This document shows positions 47,568-56,370 of a stretch of 59,528 nt of DNA, in pieces. The notes under the pieces were generated by a model. The model was given only the letters and a program-made list of their open reading frames with translations. It made no database searches and was not told where the DNA came from. A program made the translations under genes and the position numbers. The first letter of the stretch is position 1; every line of letters begins with the position of its first letter. This stretch comes from a virus (taxonomy: Duplodnaviria > Caudoviricetes), in the IMG/VR virus record IMGVR_UViG_3300003885_000003, positions 1 through 59,528 of that record; one strand, given 5' to 3'.

Positions 47568-47965
47568 AATAATGTTTTCGCTTTGAGGTGGCTTACCAGG
47601 TCGGCTATCCGGGTAACCATGTCGTTGATCAGGTCGTCTACCCTGTTGGCTATCAGGTCGGCAACCAGGTCGTCTACCCTGTTGGCTATCAGGTCGTCTA
47701 CCCTGTTGGCTATCAGGTCGGCAACCAGGTCGGCAGCCAGGTCGGATAGGTAGCCAACAGGGTCGTCTACCCGTTTTGCAGCCAAGTCGTATACCAGGTC
47801 GGCAACCAGGTTGTCTACCAGGTCAGATAGGTAGCAAACCTGGTCGTCTACCCGGTTGGCAGCCAAGTTGTCTACTAGGTCGTTTACACCAAATTGCAAC
47901 GCATCAAGTAAAGGTTCCAGTACGTGCAGTATTTTCGTGCGCCAGCGGGTTATGTTGTAGCTCAT
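47564..47965 (-). CDS. Tetrapeptide-repeat protein with N-terminus duplicated from the neighbour
   Basis: MSYNITRWRTK; VDDL/VADL/IANR repeats. Confidence 0.5.
   Translation of the reverse strand: MSYNITRWRTKILHVLEPLLDALQFGVNDLVDNLAANRVDDQVCYLSDLVDNLVADLVYDLAAKRVDDPVGYLSDLAADLVADLIANRVDDLIANRVDDLVADLIANRVDDLINDMVTRIADLVSHLKAKTLL
47595..47885. repeat. Degenerate 12-bp tandem repeat array
   Basis: caggtcgtctac, cctgttggctat and caggtcggcaac units. Confidence 0.85.
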
Positions 47966-48020
47966 AATTCACGCCCTTTAACGGCCGTTACCACGCGATA
48001 ACGGCCGTTTATGCTCCCGC

Positions 48021-48788
48021 TTAAAACGGCACTTCGTCAGCTTCGATTTCAATAGGCTGTGGATTGGAATCTTCTGGATATTCGCCGATGTCTGCACTAA
48101 CAACCAGATTCTTTAACTCGTTTTTCAGTTGCGCCAACTGTAAGATTTCTTTTCCTACAATCGGGTCACCTTGAATAAAGGTTGGCACAACCCATGTCCC
48201 CCGGCTATCTGACTGCGTAATAGTCGATACAAAGATTGATTTCCGTAATCCTGTACGCTGTGCCAATGCTGTCAGGGTACGCGCCGATTTCAAAGAAGTC
48301 GATTGCATCGTGAGAATTGCGGGTTCTTGCGTTTCAATGACCCACACAAGGAAGTTTCTTTGCCGCGTACATTGCGGTTTTTCTCCGTTAACAAACTGGC
48401 CCATTGGGCATGTGTTGCAGGGGCCAGGCAGTGGAGCGGTTGCATTTTCACCGTCAGGCATTGCGCCATTGTTTGATTTGCAAACCGGGCTGTTCTCGCT
48501 GTCAAACTTTTCAGGCCACATAACGCGAGTATCTAGCATATACATTAAGACTACAATATGTAAATCTTGTTCATATATATGCCCTGTGAGGGTGTTGACC
48601 CACAGGCCTGGGGTTACAGGCTGGTCGTTTATCTGCATTGGCCGATTTTGCGAACTCACACGTAATCGAGCCGGCATCCCCACATCACCGTCTTTCAAGT
48701 TTTCAACGCCTTCAGGCGTAAGGTCAAGACTGTTTAGAAGTGCTATTTCTTCTTCTGTCATACCGTCTACTACAATTAGATCGTTCAT
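48021..48788 (-). CDS. Phage single-stranded DNA-binding protein-like
   Basis: C.S.NG...C..CP..QF......C motif, TSLK, acidic DEVPF tail. Confidence 0.7.
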   Translation of the reverse strand: MNDLIVVDGMTEEEIALLNSLDLTPEGVENLKDGDVGMPARLRVSSQNRPMQINDQPVTPGLWVNTLTGHIYEQDLHIVVLMYMLDTRVMWPEKFDSENSPVCKSNNGAMPDGENATAPLPGPCNTCPMGQFVNGEKPQCTRQRNFLVWVIETQEPAILTMQSTSLKSARTLTALAQRTGLRKSIFVSTITQSDSRGTWVVPTFIQGDPIVGKEILQLAQLKNELKNLVVSADIGEYPEDSNPQPIEIEADEVPF

Positions 48789-49336
48789 TTTGTCTCCTTC
48801 AGACAATTTAACTTAGCTGCTGCTAAGTTCAGTTGGGCGACGTACATCATATTGCGCCGGCCAAACTCTTTTATCGTTGATTCGTAATGGGTCACCATTG
48901 CTTTCTGGCGGGCGATTTTATTCTCGGCCAGTTGAAAGTTTCGTGATAACTCAATATACAAATCATTCTCAATCAGTATCTTTTTCCCTGCTGCCTTACG
49001 CAGCGAATCGTTGCTGTACAGCGGTTTGCCTTTGTCGTTGATTTCACAAGCTGCCTCAAAAAACGCGGCATCTTCCATACCAGCTAATGTGGTTTTTATC
49101 GCCGATTGTGGCTCCTGCAAACCAAGCAATTCACTGACTGCCTGATTCAATTGGCTCCCAACATCTTTATACTGTTCATAAAGCTGTTTGGATTCAGACT
49201 CCAGCGTTTCAGTATCGGGCATTTGTGGACGAAGGGCAGCCTCCATTTTCGCGGCCCACTTTGCCATGCCGTCAATTCTCGTTTTTATCTGATTTATCTC
49301 TTGAGCCATAGATAGTTCTTCTGTTCGTACTGCCAT
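48785..49336 (-). CDS. Coiled-coil hypothetical protein
   Basis: GGAGG SD; GKPLYSND..RKA. Confidence 0.7.
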   Translation of the reverse strand: MAVRTEELSMAQEINQIKTRIDGMAKWAAKMEAALRPQMPDTETLESESKQLYEQYKDVGSQLNQAVSELLGLQEPQSAIKTTLAGMEDAAFFEAACEINDKGKPLYSNDSLRKAAGKKILIENDLYIELSRNFQLAENKIARQKAMVTHYESTIKEFGRRNMMYVAQLNLAAAKLNCLKETK

Positions 49337-49382
49337 ATTGTTACCTCCATGCCGGGGAAGTCACGCTTCCCCGGCAACTAAT

Positions 49383-49772
49383 TTATCGCAATTCACCGGC
49401 ATGTTCTGCACAACGTAGCATTGTTGTTTTGCTGTGCTTCCGGCAAATAACTAAATGAAAACGAGCTCGTTTACGGCAGCGTGTTAACACGCCGTTAATG
49501 CGGTCTTCTCGGTCGCAAACACGACGACCTGTGTATGGTTCGTCAGTGCTTACAGTGTGTCCTGTGCGCGGTTCGTCCAGGGGATCAGCGGAATCGGCTT
49601 CTTCCAGTGCGCTATCGGTTTGTGTGTATCGCTGCATAATGTGATCCATTATGCAGGTGTAGGCTGTTACCTTTTCGCTTGGAACCGTGTCCAAGCTAAT
49701 CCAAGTGTCAACCTCTATTAGTAAATCTGCATACGCTTTTTTGTAGTCCATTGTTGCCTCCGTTTCATTCAT
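49383..49772 (-). CDS. Hypothetical protein, first of the leftward operon
   Basis: ATG 6 nt after TGGTATACT; Cys/His-rich C-terminus. Confidence 0.55.
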   Translation of the reverse strand: MNETEATMDYKKAYADLLIEVDTWISLDTVPSEKVTAYTCIMDHIMQRYTQTDSALEEADSADPLDEPRTGHTVSTDEPYTGRRVCDREDRINGVLTRCRKRARFHLVICRKHSKTTMLRCAEHAGELR

Positions 49773-49778
49773 ATTAGA

Positions 49779-49869
49779 AGTATACCATTGATATTTTCTG
49801 TATGTGTTAAGCGGTTTACAGTGTAGGTGTAAAGTACTTAACACTTGTAAATGAATATTGATGTACACT
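49779..49869. promoter_or_regulatory. Divergent early control region with two TGTA-N8-TACA-like boxes
   Basis: Boxes 49805-49820 and 49828-49843; TATACT leftward (49779-49784) and TACACT rightward (49864-49869), each 20 nt from a box. Confidence 0.7.
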
Positions 49870-49897
49870 AAAAGCATATTGATTTTGGAGGTACGAT

Positions 49898-50218
49898 ATG
49901 GAAACAAAACGAGTGAAGATTGAAATAGACGAACTCCTATACGGTGAACTCGTACAGGAAGCCACCAGCACGGGAATTTCGCTACCTGCGGTGATTATTG
50001 CGCATTTGCTAGACTACAGGACAATAATGCGCGAATTCGCCGCACGGCTGATCCTGGCGAGTTATAGCACCAATAAGGAACGTGATATTTTATACGGATT
50101 TATTGAGCGTCTGGTAGATACAGGCAGTATCACTAATAAAGAACGTGATACTTTGCACAAATTTACTACACGTTTTATTACGGCCGGCGGCATTCTCAAC
50201 CAGGAGAAGGTAACGTGA
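49898..50218 (+). CDS. Ribbon-helix-helix-like regulator
   Basis: KRVKIEIDELLY..L..EA...G.SL..VI; GGAGG SD; first rightward gene. Confidence 0.65.
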   Translation: METKRVKIEIDELLYGELVQEATSTGISLPAVIIAHLLDYRTIMREFAARLILASYSTNKERDILYGFIERLVDTGSITNKERDTLHKFTTRFITAGGILNQEKVT

Positions 50219-50613
50219 CTAATGAATTAACTGACGAAATGTTGGCTAATATTCGCCAAAAATACCTTAACGTGGTTGAGACGCATCGGAGTGCCAATAC
50301 AACTGACGAACAGTACTGGCAAGGTCGCAAAGACGGCAACAGAGAAATTATGGCATTGTTGCCTAGCGTAACAACTGATTACAGCGCACTGAATAAATCG
50401 AGCTTGGGCTATCGTCCCCCCGTTGGTGAACTTTTCGACCGGTTTGTTGAAGATGCCGTGTATTTCATGGCAGCAACTGTGTACGAGTTAAAAACGGGAA
50501 GGTTGGATATGCGAACTAAAACGGGATTGCGCGATACTGTTGAATTGTATGATCGGCTTGCCGCTGATGGGGTCGTCCCCGTGATTGACGACCATTGTTT
50601 ATTTGACCAATGA
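50215..50613 (+). CDS. Hypothetical protein
   Basis: Coupled; AGGAG SD. Confidence 0.65.
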   Translation: MTNELTDEMLANIRQKYLNVVETHRSANTTDEQYWQGRKDGNREIMALLPSVTTDYSALNKSSLGYRPPVGELFDRFVEDAVYFMAATVYELKTGRLDMRTKTGLRDTVELYDRLAADGVVPVIDDHCLFDQ

Positions 50614-51008
50614 CCGGCTTACCCACGAACGCATCCGACGACGTGAAGAAGCTCAACCCTGGTCTATACGGCCCATCGCGAACTGCTGTGCCGGCTGCAA
50701 CCAGCACGTTGGAGGACAAAATGGCGCTGATGTTAGATGCCCTGGGGTTTTCGTATCAGCGTGAATACAAGTTTCACAAAGACAGAAAATAGCGCTTCGA
50801 CTTCGCGATACCGAATGGCAAAATTGCCATAGAGTGCGAGGGGGGCGTGTGGACAAATGGCCGGCACACCCGCGGTTACGGTTTTATCGCTGACTGTGAC
50901 AAATACAATGAAGCGATCTTTGCCGGCTGGCGAGTGTTCAGGTTCACGGCCGATCACATACGTAACGGCCGTGCCTGGGAGATGCTTAGGAGATTACGCT
51001 ATGATTGA
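50610..51008 (+). pseudogene. Vsr/DUF559-like endonuclease interrupted by an in-frame TAG
   Basis: REYKFHKDRK*RFDFA...IAIECEGGVW..GRHTRG.GF..DC.KYN.A...GWRVFRFT; TAG at 50790 sits where the family has Trp. Confidence 0.8.
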
Positions 51009-51020
51009 GGAGAAATATAG

Positions 51021-51272
51021 ATGATTATCGATAATTTATTAGTGTTAGATATAGCCAACACATTTTTGGATATTAAAATATTGTTGTCTAGTAAATACAG
51101 CGTTGGCAGATCGGATGGACAACCGCTGTCTTTGTCCGATCAATTGATGATAGATAATATTTTTACAAATGCCGACAAAATAACCGATCAGCTAATCAAC
51201 GATATAACGAAGCAAAATAAAGATAAGTTGGTGGCATCCGTTTTGTTATGGGTAAGTAAAGATTTGCAATGA
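51021..51272 (+). CDS. Hypothetical protein
   Basis: AGGAG SD. Confidence 0.55.
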   Translation: MIIDNLLVLDIANTFLDIKILLSSKYSVGRSDGQPLSLSDQLMIDNIFTNADKITDQLINDITKQNKDKLVASVLLWVSKDLQ

Positions 51273-51985
51273 ACCTCATACTACTCGATTTATTCTGTGG
51301 TGCTGGTGGCGGCTCAGTCGGCTTTCATCACGCTGGCTTTGATGTAGTTGGGGTAGACATCAATATGCAAAAACGCTATCCGTATGATTTCCTGCAAATG
51401 GACGCGCTTGATGCACTGCGGAAACTGATAGCCGGTGACGGTCTGTTATTCGGCAGCAGGTGCATCTACCTGAGCGACATTGCTGTTATCGCGGCATCGC
51501 CGCCGTGTCAGGTGTACAGCGTTACGGCTTCTCTGAGCAATGGCAACCATCCTGATTTGGTGGCTATTACTCGTGATGCACTAATAGGGACTGGCAAACC
51601 ATATGTTATCGAGAATGTGCCTGGATCGCCGTTGATAAATCCGCTAATGTTATGTGGTACGATGTTTGGCTTGCGCGTTATTCGCCATAGGTTATTTGAA
51701 TGCAACCCATCAATTTGGTTTCCCCCGGCAATTTGCAACCACTGGGGTACTGCCTCATCGTCTGGTCGAGGCAAAAAACCAACAAACGTGCCTGGCTATG
51801 TGCCTGGCACACTGATAAATTACGATTTCATTACTGTAGCAGGGAGTGACTATATTGTGGCTGACGGCCGTATTGCAATGGGTATTGACTGGATGACAAA
51901 AAAAGAACTGTCGCAGGCGATCCCACCCGCATACACTGAATTTATCGGTAAGCACTTAATACGTGTATTATTTAGCGAGGTATAA
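51269..51985 (+). CDS. C5-cytosine DNA methyltransferase (compact phage type)
   Basis: LDLFCGAGG, ASPPCQ, IENV, RHRLFE, QAIPPAY. Confidence 0.9.
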   Translation: MNLILLDLFCGAGGGSVGFHHAGFDVVGVDINMQKRYPYDFLQMDALDALRKLIAGDGLLFGSRCIYLSDIAVIAASPPCQVYSVTASLSNGNHPDLVAITRDALIGTGKPYVIENVPGSPLINPLMLCGTMFGLRVIRHRLFECNPSIWFPPAICNHWGTASSSGRGKKPTNVPGYVPGTLINYDFITVAGSDYIVADGRIAMGIDWMTKKELSQAIPPAYTEFIGKHLIRVLFSEV

Positions 51986-51990
51986 ATAAA

Positions 51991-52248
51991 ATGCTACAGT
52001 ACAAAATCAAGATCGAGTTTCTTAATGAGGAATTGATTGTAAAAAGTTTGCATATAGCAATGGTAGAAGAGATAGCTGTGCATTTCATCGAGGAATTGTG
52101 CCGAGAGAACGATTTACCAGTACGACATCATTACATCCGCAAACTGGTAGGAGAGAGAGATGGTGTCAGTATCAAATTATTGTCTAATACTGAAATAATG
52201 GAAATGGCAAACGCCCCCCGGCTTCCGTTCAATTGGGACACAATTTAA
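51991..52248 (+). CDS. Hypothetical protein
   Basis: GAGG SD. Confidence 0.55.
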   Translation: MLQYKIKIEFLNEELIVKSLHIAMVEEIAVHFIEELCRENDLPVRHHYIRKLVGERDGVSIKLLSNTEIMEMANAPRLPFNWDTI

Positions 52249-52271
52249 CACTGTACGGTATCGAGGTATAA

Positions 52272-52658
52272 ATGAAACGTAAAACATCCTCCCTAACCTC
52301 TCGCCAAATCGATGAGCTTTGTCGGCAAGCCCGCGCCACTCGCAGTCGGCTGCCTAGTTTCCTGCGCGAATCCCTCGCCTTTGTGTCCCCTGCGGATCGC
52401 TCATGTGTGTTGTCTAATGATGTTCGCAAACGCCCCGCAAAGATCATCAAACGCGGTGTGTGGGGCAACCCTGGTAAGATGCGATCTGATTTGTGGAAAG
52501 TGAAGATGAGTGTAATCGTATGTACTTTTACTGATTTTATGAGTGGAAAATACGCTACAGCAACCGCTGCGGCTGTAGCAATCGGCTATCGCAGAGCCGA
52601 TAACTTAACTAAAAAATGGGATGCGCTGGGGCTGGACTGGCGCAGCAGAAAACTTTAA
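52272..52658 (+). CDS. Basic hypothetical protein, possible HTH
   Basis: GAGG SD; ATAAAVAIGY. Confidence 0.55.
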   Translation: MKRKTSSLTSRQIDELCRQARATRSRLPSFLRESLAFVSPADRSCVLSNDVRKRPAKIIKRGVWGNPGKMRSDLWKVKMSVIVCTFTDFMSGKYATATAAAVAIGYRRADNLTKKWDALGLDWRSRKL

Positions 52659-52694
52659 GGTTTGTATTTTGCAAAGTGTGGTAAAATACCAGAC

Positions 52695-52931
52695 ATGACA
52701 AACACAAGAAACCAGCAACTCATGATTGAAATGGTGAATTGGATAGCTGAATATTTGTTGGAGCACGGCTATCCACCCGCTGCCCCGGACATTGCAGCCG
52801 GCATGGAAAAGAGCTTGACAACTGTATACGCGCTGCGGCGCGAAGCAAGAGCATTGAAAATGTTGGATTATGACACGGCCGTTTCCAGGTCATATCAAGT
52901 GCCAGGTGTATTTTTGGTGGATAAACGATAA
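52695..52931 (+). CDS. LexA-type N-terminal winged-helix regulator without peptidase domain
   Basis: I..YL.EHGYPP...DIA.GM..S..TV........L..L......SRS. Confidence 0.75.
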   Translation: MTNTRNQQLMIEMVNWIAEYLLEHGYPPAAPDIAAGMEKSLTTVYALRREARALKMLDYDTAVSRSYQVPGVFLVDKR

Positions 52932-53146
52932 TGTGGATTTCACTCAATCGCACAATCGCACACTACACAGAAGGCGAGAAAAATTCACGTGGCGCATATG
53001 TGTGTTTGTGTGGTTTTGATACATTGCCTAAATTTTGCGAGACGGACAGTTCGGCCAGGCATTGCAAAAATTGTGAGCGGTCACTCGCTAATATGCAGAA
53101 TCAAGTTGGTGACTTCAGCCGGCTAAAAACGAGATGGGGATTATAA
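52931..53146 (+). CDS. Small Zn-binding protein
   Basis: AH...CLCG...CKNC. Confidence 0.6.
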   Translation: MWISLNRTIAHYTEGEKNSRGAYVCLCGFDTLPKFCETDSSARHCKNCERSLANMQNQVGDFSRLKTRWGL

Positions 53147-53147
53147 A

Positions 53148-53474
53148 GTGATATTTGAAACATTACACGAATCAGCTCAGCGAGGCGAGTTAATTTTAAT
53201 TGACGGTGGTTTTTGCCATTGGCATTTACGCCGTGACCAACAACTAACTATCCGCGAAATAATCAGCATACGGCCGGGCGCTGGGTCTGAGATGTTAGCG
53301 TTTTTAATAGCTGTGCCTGGCGCAACATCTATTTTTGCAAAATGTCCTGCTGATCTGCCTGCAAATGATTGGTATGCTAATCGTGGGTTTCTCTGTGAGG
53401 GAATTCAGACAACACGAACCGGGCGGCAACTGAAATTATGGCGACTACCAATTCCAGGAGGTGATGCACGATGA
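53148..53474 (+). CDS. GNAT-like acyltransferase
   Basis: LTIREI...RPGAGSEML..L (motif A) and AN.WY..RGF (motif B). Confidence 0.7.
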   Translation: MIFETLHESAQRGELILIDGGFCHWHLRRDQQLTIREIISIRPGAGSEMLAFLIAVPGATSIFAKCPADLPANDWYANRGFLCEGIQTTRTGRQLKLWRLPIPGGDAR

Positions 53475-54208
53475 AAAAACACCAGCACCAGATAGCAAAT
53501 AAACGGGTATCTGCTACTGGTATGCTATCTGGTGCTGGCATAGATTTGATTTACTGTGCGTCTGGTAACAAACGTTTTGCGAAAATCGCAATTGATGCCG
53601 GATTTTTGTATGGTGCTCAATTACCTGGCACTGTTTATCATCCGATTTATTTTGCTGATCAAAACTGGAAAAAACCAAATCGGCAGAAATATATGGACGC
53701 ATTAGAAAAGCATAGACCATTTATGGCAACAGTTTTAGATTTTGAGCGAATAGACCAATTATCAGAAGTTTTGTCGTGGGCTGAGGAAGCGGCTCGATTT
53801 GTTGAGGTCGTAATGATTATACCAAAATGTTTTGGTTGTATTGTAAAATTGCCGCATATCATTGGAAACAAACCAATCAGATTGGCGTACTCTGTTCCTA
53901 CGCGCTACGGTGGCACATCCGTGCCCGTTTGGGAATTCTGGAATAGACCCGTACATCTCCTCGGCGGCAGTCCACAGAAACAAATGAGATTACGACCTTA
54001 CTTTGATGTAAGGTCTGTTGATGGGAATATGATGCAAAAAGCGGCCGTGACTTGGTGCGGATTCTGGCAACCAGGCACGGCTAGATATGCGTCAAATAGA
54101 TGGTGGCCGACACTAAAAGAATCTGGGAGTCATGTAGTCACGGATGCACCATACGAAGCATTTAGTCGTTCGTGTGAAAGTATTATGCAGGCATGGTTGA
54201 CATTATAA
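53471..54208 (+). CDS. TGT/DpdA-like TIM-barrel protein (DUF6610-like)
   Basis: FADQ, VLD, IIPK, RPVHLLGGSP and RSVDGN resemble the guanine-transglycosylase HxLG...SxD motifs. Confidence 0.6.
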   Translation: MKKHQHQIANKRVSATGMLSGAGIDLIYCASGNKRFAKIAIDAGFLYGAQLPGTVYHPIYFADQNWKKPNRQKYMDALEKHRPFMATVLDFERIDQLSEVLSWAEEAARFVEVVMIIPKCFGCIVKLPHIIGNKPIRLAYSVPTRYGGTSVPVWEFWNRPVHLLGGSPQKQMRLRPYFDVRSVDGNMMQKAAVTWCGFWQPGTARYASNRWWPTLKESGSHVVTDAPYEAFSRSCESIMQAWLTL

Positions 54209-54312
54209 AACGGCCGTATCTCTTTTCAGGAGACACGGCCACAATCGGGTCGTTGTCGTGTTAGCGGGAGTGCAACACAACTATAGCGACAACGACCTAC
54301 AGGAATTATAGC

Positions 54313-54717
54313 ATGAAAGTAATACATGTGGTTGCCGGCGTTATTGTCGTTGCTATCCTCGTCATATTGCTTGTATCAACGGTCATCGGAAAACCTCTGG
54401 CCGATGCTCAGGCCGCAATAATGCTGCAAGAGCATACACCACTAGAATTACAATTGGCTATACGCCAGAGCCGGCAGCAGGGGAGTGGTGTAAACTGGGC
54501 GCTTATGCTGCTGCTTATCGGCATCGTTACCATAATGGCATACCTTGCTATTGGCGACCGCACAACTAAGCTGCTGCGCGCCTGGAAATCATCACGCAGA
54601 CCACACACGCCGCACCAACCACCAATGATTGAGACGGCGCATATTCAGGAACTACCAATTGCCCCAGCCGCGCCGCGACAACTGCCAGCGACAACGGAAT
54701 GGACAGACCAATCATAA
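54313..54717 (+). CDS. Two-TM membrane protein with Pro-rich tail
   Basis: Two hydrophobic helices; first gene of the membrane module. Confidence 0.7.
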   Translation: MKVIHVVAGVIVVAILVILLVSTVIGKPLADAQAAIMLQEHTPLELQLAIRQSRQQGSGVNWALMLLLIGIVTIMAYLAIGDRTTKLLRAWKSSRRPHTPHQPPMIETAHIQELPIAPAAPRQLPATTEWTDQS

Positions 54718-54718
54718 A

Positions 54719-56245
54719 ATGAAGTATATTCTACTCCTTACTCTGATTTTAGCTTCATGCAGCGCCGCGACTACTGGCAGTCCATCCGAACTGCGCCAGC
54801 AGGCAGCGCAAATTGAAAATGCAACTGCGCAGGCGGCGACTTACGCGCAGGCGGCAGAGTTGGAGCGCCAGCAGAGTACCCGCGGCGCGGCAACGGTAGC
54901 GGCGATGCAAATCACCATTGAGGCGGCTAATGTCGCTCTGGCAATGCAACGTGACGCGGCGACGGCAACGGCCGTATCCGCACGTCGTGAGAGTGTAGCA
55001 ACAATGGAAGCGGCTCAGGCTCAGGCAACAGCCACGGCCGTTGCCAAAGTGACTGATGACGCACAGAATGAACTTCTATTTTTGCAAGGACTGGAATACG
55101 ACCGGCAACGGCTACAGCAGGAAATTGTACGCGGGTACGCATGGGCGGCCGTGCAAATTCTGGCGGTAACGGCCGTTGTTGGAGCAATCATGCTGATGAT
55201 TCTTACCATCGCTCGACGGCCACAAAATGACCAGGCTGCCCCGCAGTCAGTACAAATTCACGGCCTAACGCTCATCCAGGATACAAGCCGGCAAAGCCCG
55301 TTTGAACGGCTGGTAGCACCTAATTCAGCGCCCTGGGTGCGCGTGGGGCCAGCCCGGCCGGTTGTAAAGAATGCGCCACTAATGTTACCAGCGCCAGCAA
55401 TCACGCTGCCAGTATTACCTACTGGTCACGTATTGATTGCTGGTGAAACTGGTAGCGGCAAATCAACGGCAATGAAAGCTGTGTTGGCATCGCGGGAAAA
55501 CGTGACGGTTTTGGACCCACACGCTGCGCCGAGCGAGTGGTCTGGCGCACACGTTCTAGGTGGCGGCCGTAATTTCGATGCTATCAATGAACACATGAAT
55601 TACATGAGACGGGTCTTGTCTGAGCGATACGCTGCGCGGAACAATGGTCAACGTAGTTTCGATGCAATAACTGTTGCCACCGACGAGATGCCGGCAATTG
55701 TGTCTGCGTTAGGTCGTGGAATTGGAGATGCCTGGCGCGAGTGGTTGCGAGAAGGTCGCAAAGTGGGCTTATTTTTTGTAGTATCGACACAAAGCACACG
55801 GGTAAAAACACTTGGGATAAGAGGTGAGGGTGATTTACTCGAAAACTTCGCTGCTGTATTGGAGTTGGGCAAAGTCGCCCAGGGCAATCACCGCGATCTG
55901 ACGGCTAGACAAGATCGCCCGGCCGTGCTGACAACCATTAACGGTGTGCAGCCGGTTGTTATTCCGTATCACGATCATGATCATGAGCAACAACATCAGT
56001 CACTGTATACAGCGCCACCGGCTTTATTTGACGATCCTACCGTAACTGGCTTGGAAACTGCCAAAGGCAATATTACGGCTGAACAATTCAGAATAGCATC
56101 GCGATTACTTAGGCAAAAAACCCAGACAGGACGGCCGTCAGGCAACGCGATTCAGAGCGTGGTGTGGGGTTATTCAGGCGGCAATGCGTATTATTATTTG
56201 GAGCAAATAAAAAGAGAGATTGAAATCAATACCGAGGGCACATAA
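54719..56245 (+). CDS. Membrane-anchored FtsK/TraB/HerA-like P-loop ATPase
   Basis: ILASC lipobox, Ala/Gln coiled coil, TM, HVLIAGETGSGKST, VLDPH, VATDE, LREGRKVG...STQ, wHTH-like C-terminus. Confidence 0.85.
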   Translation: MKYILLLTLILASCSAATTGSPSELRQQAAQIENATAQAATYAQAAELERQQSTRGAATVAAMQITIEAANVALAMQRDAATATAVSARRESVATMEAAQAQATATAVAKVTDDAQNELLFLQGLEYDRQRLQQEIVRGYAWAAVQILAVTAVVGAIMLMILTIARRPQNDQAAPQSVQIHGLTLIQDTSRQSPFERLVAPNSAPWVRVGPARPVVKNAPLMLPAPAITLPVLPTGHVLIAGETGSGKSTAMKAVLASRENVTVLDPHAAPSEWSGAHVLGGGRNFDAINEHMNYMRRVLSERYAARNNGQRSFDAITVATDEMPAIVSALGRGIGDAWREWLREGRKVGLFFVVSTQSTRVKTLGIRGEGDLLENFAAVLELGKVAQGNHRDLTARQDRPAVLTTINGVQPVVIPYHDHDHEQQHQSLYTAPPALFDDPTVTGLETAKGNITAEQFRIASRLLRQKTQTGRPSGNAIQSVVWGYSGGNAYYYLEQIKREIEINTEGT

Positions 56246-56355
56246 ATGACACTTTTGGCGGTATTGGGTATCAGTACTAAATCAATACTACCAGAGAGGA
56301 ACTGCCAATACTAGCCTAAGTATTGGGTATTGATTCAGTATTGATTCAGTACTGG
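56226..56355. repeat. Cluster of GTATTG/CAATAC/AGTACT short repeats
   Basis: gtattgggtatcagtact, tcaatact, ccaatact, agtattgggtattgattcagtattgattcagtact. Confidence 0.75.
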
Positions 56356-56370
56356 CAAAAACAGGAATAA

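Noticed and set aside
47595-47885. CRISPR array
   Set aside because: Contiguous degenerate 12-bp units with no unique spacers; no cas genes
50790-50792. Genome-wide TAG recoding
   Set aside because: Several clear genes end in TAG (e.g. 5131, 23184, 42917), long genes are uninterrupted and no suppressor tRNA was seen
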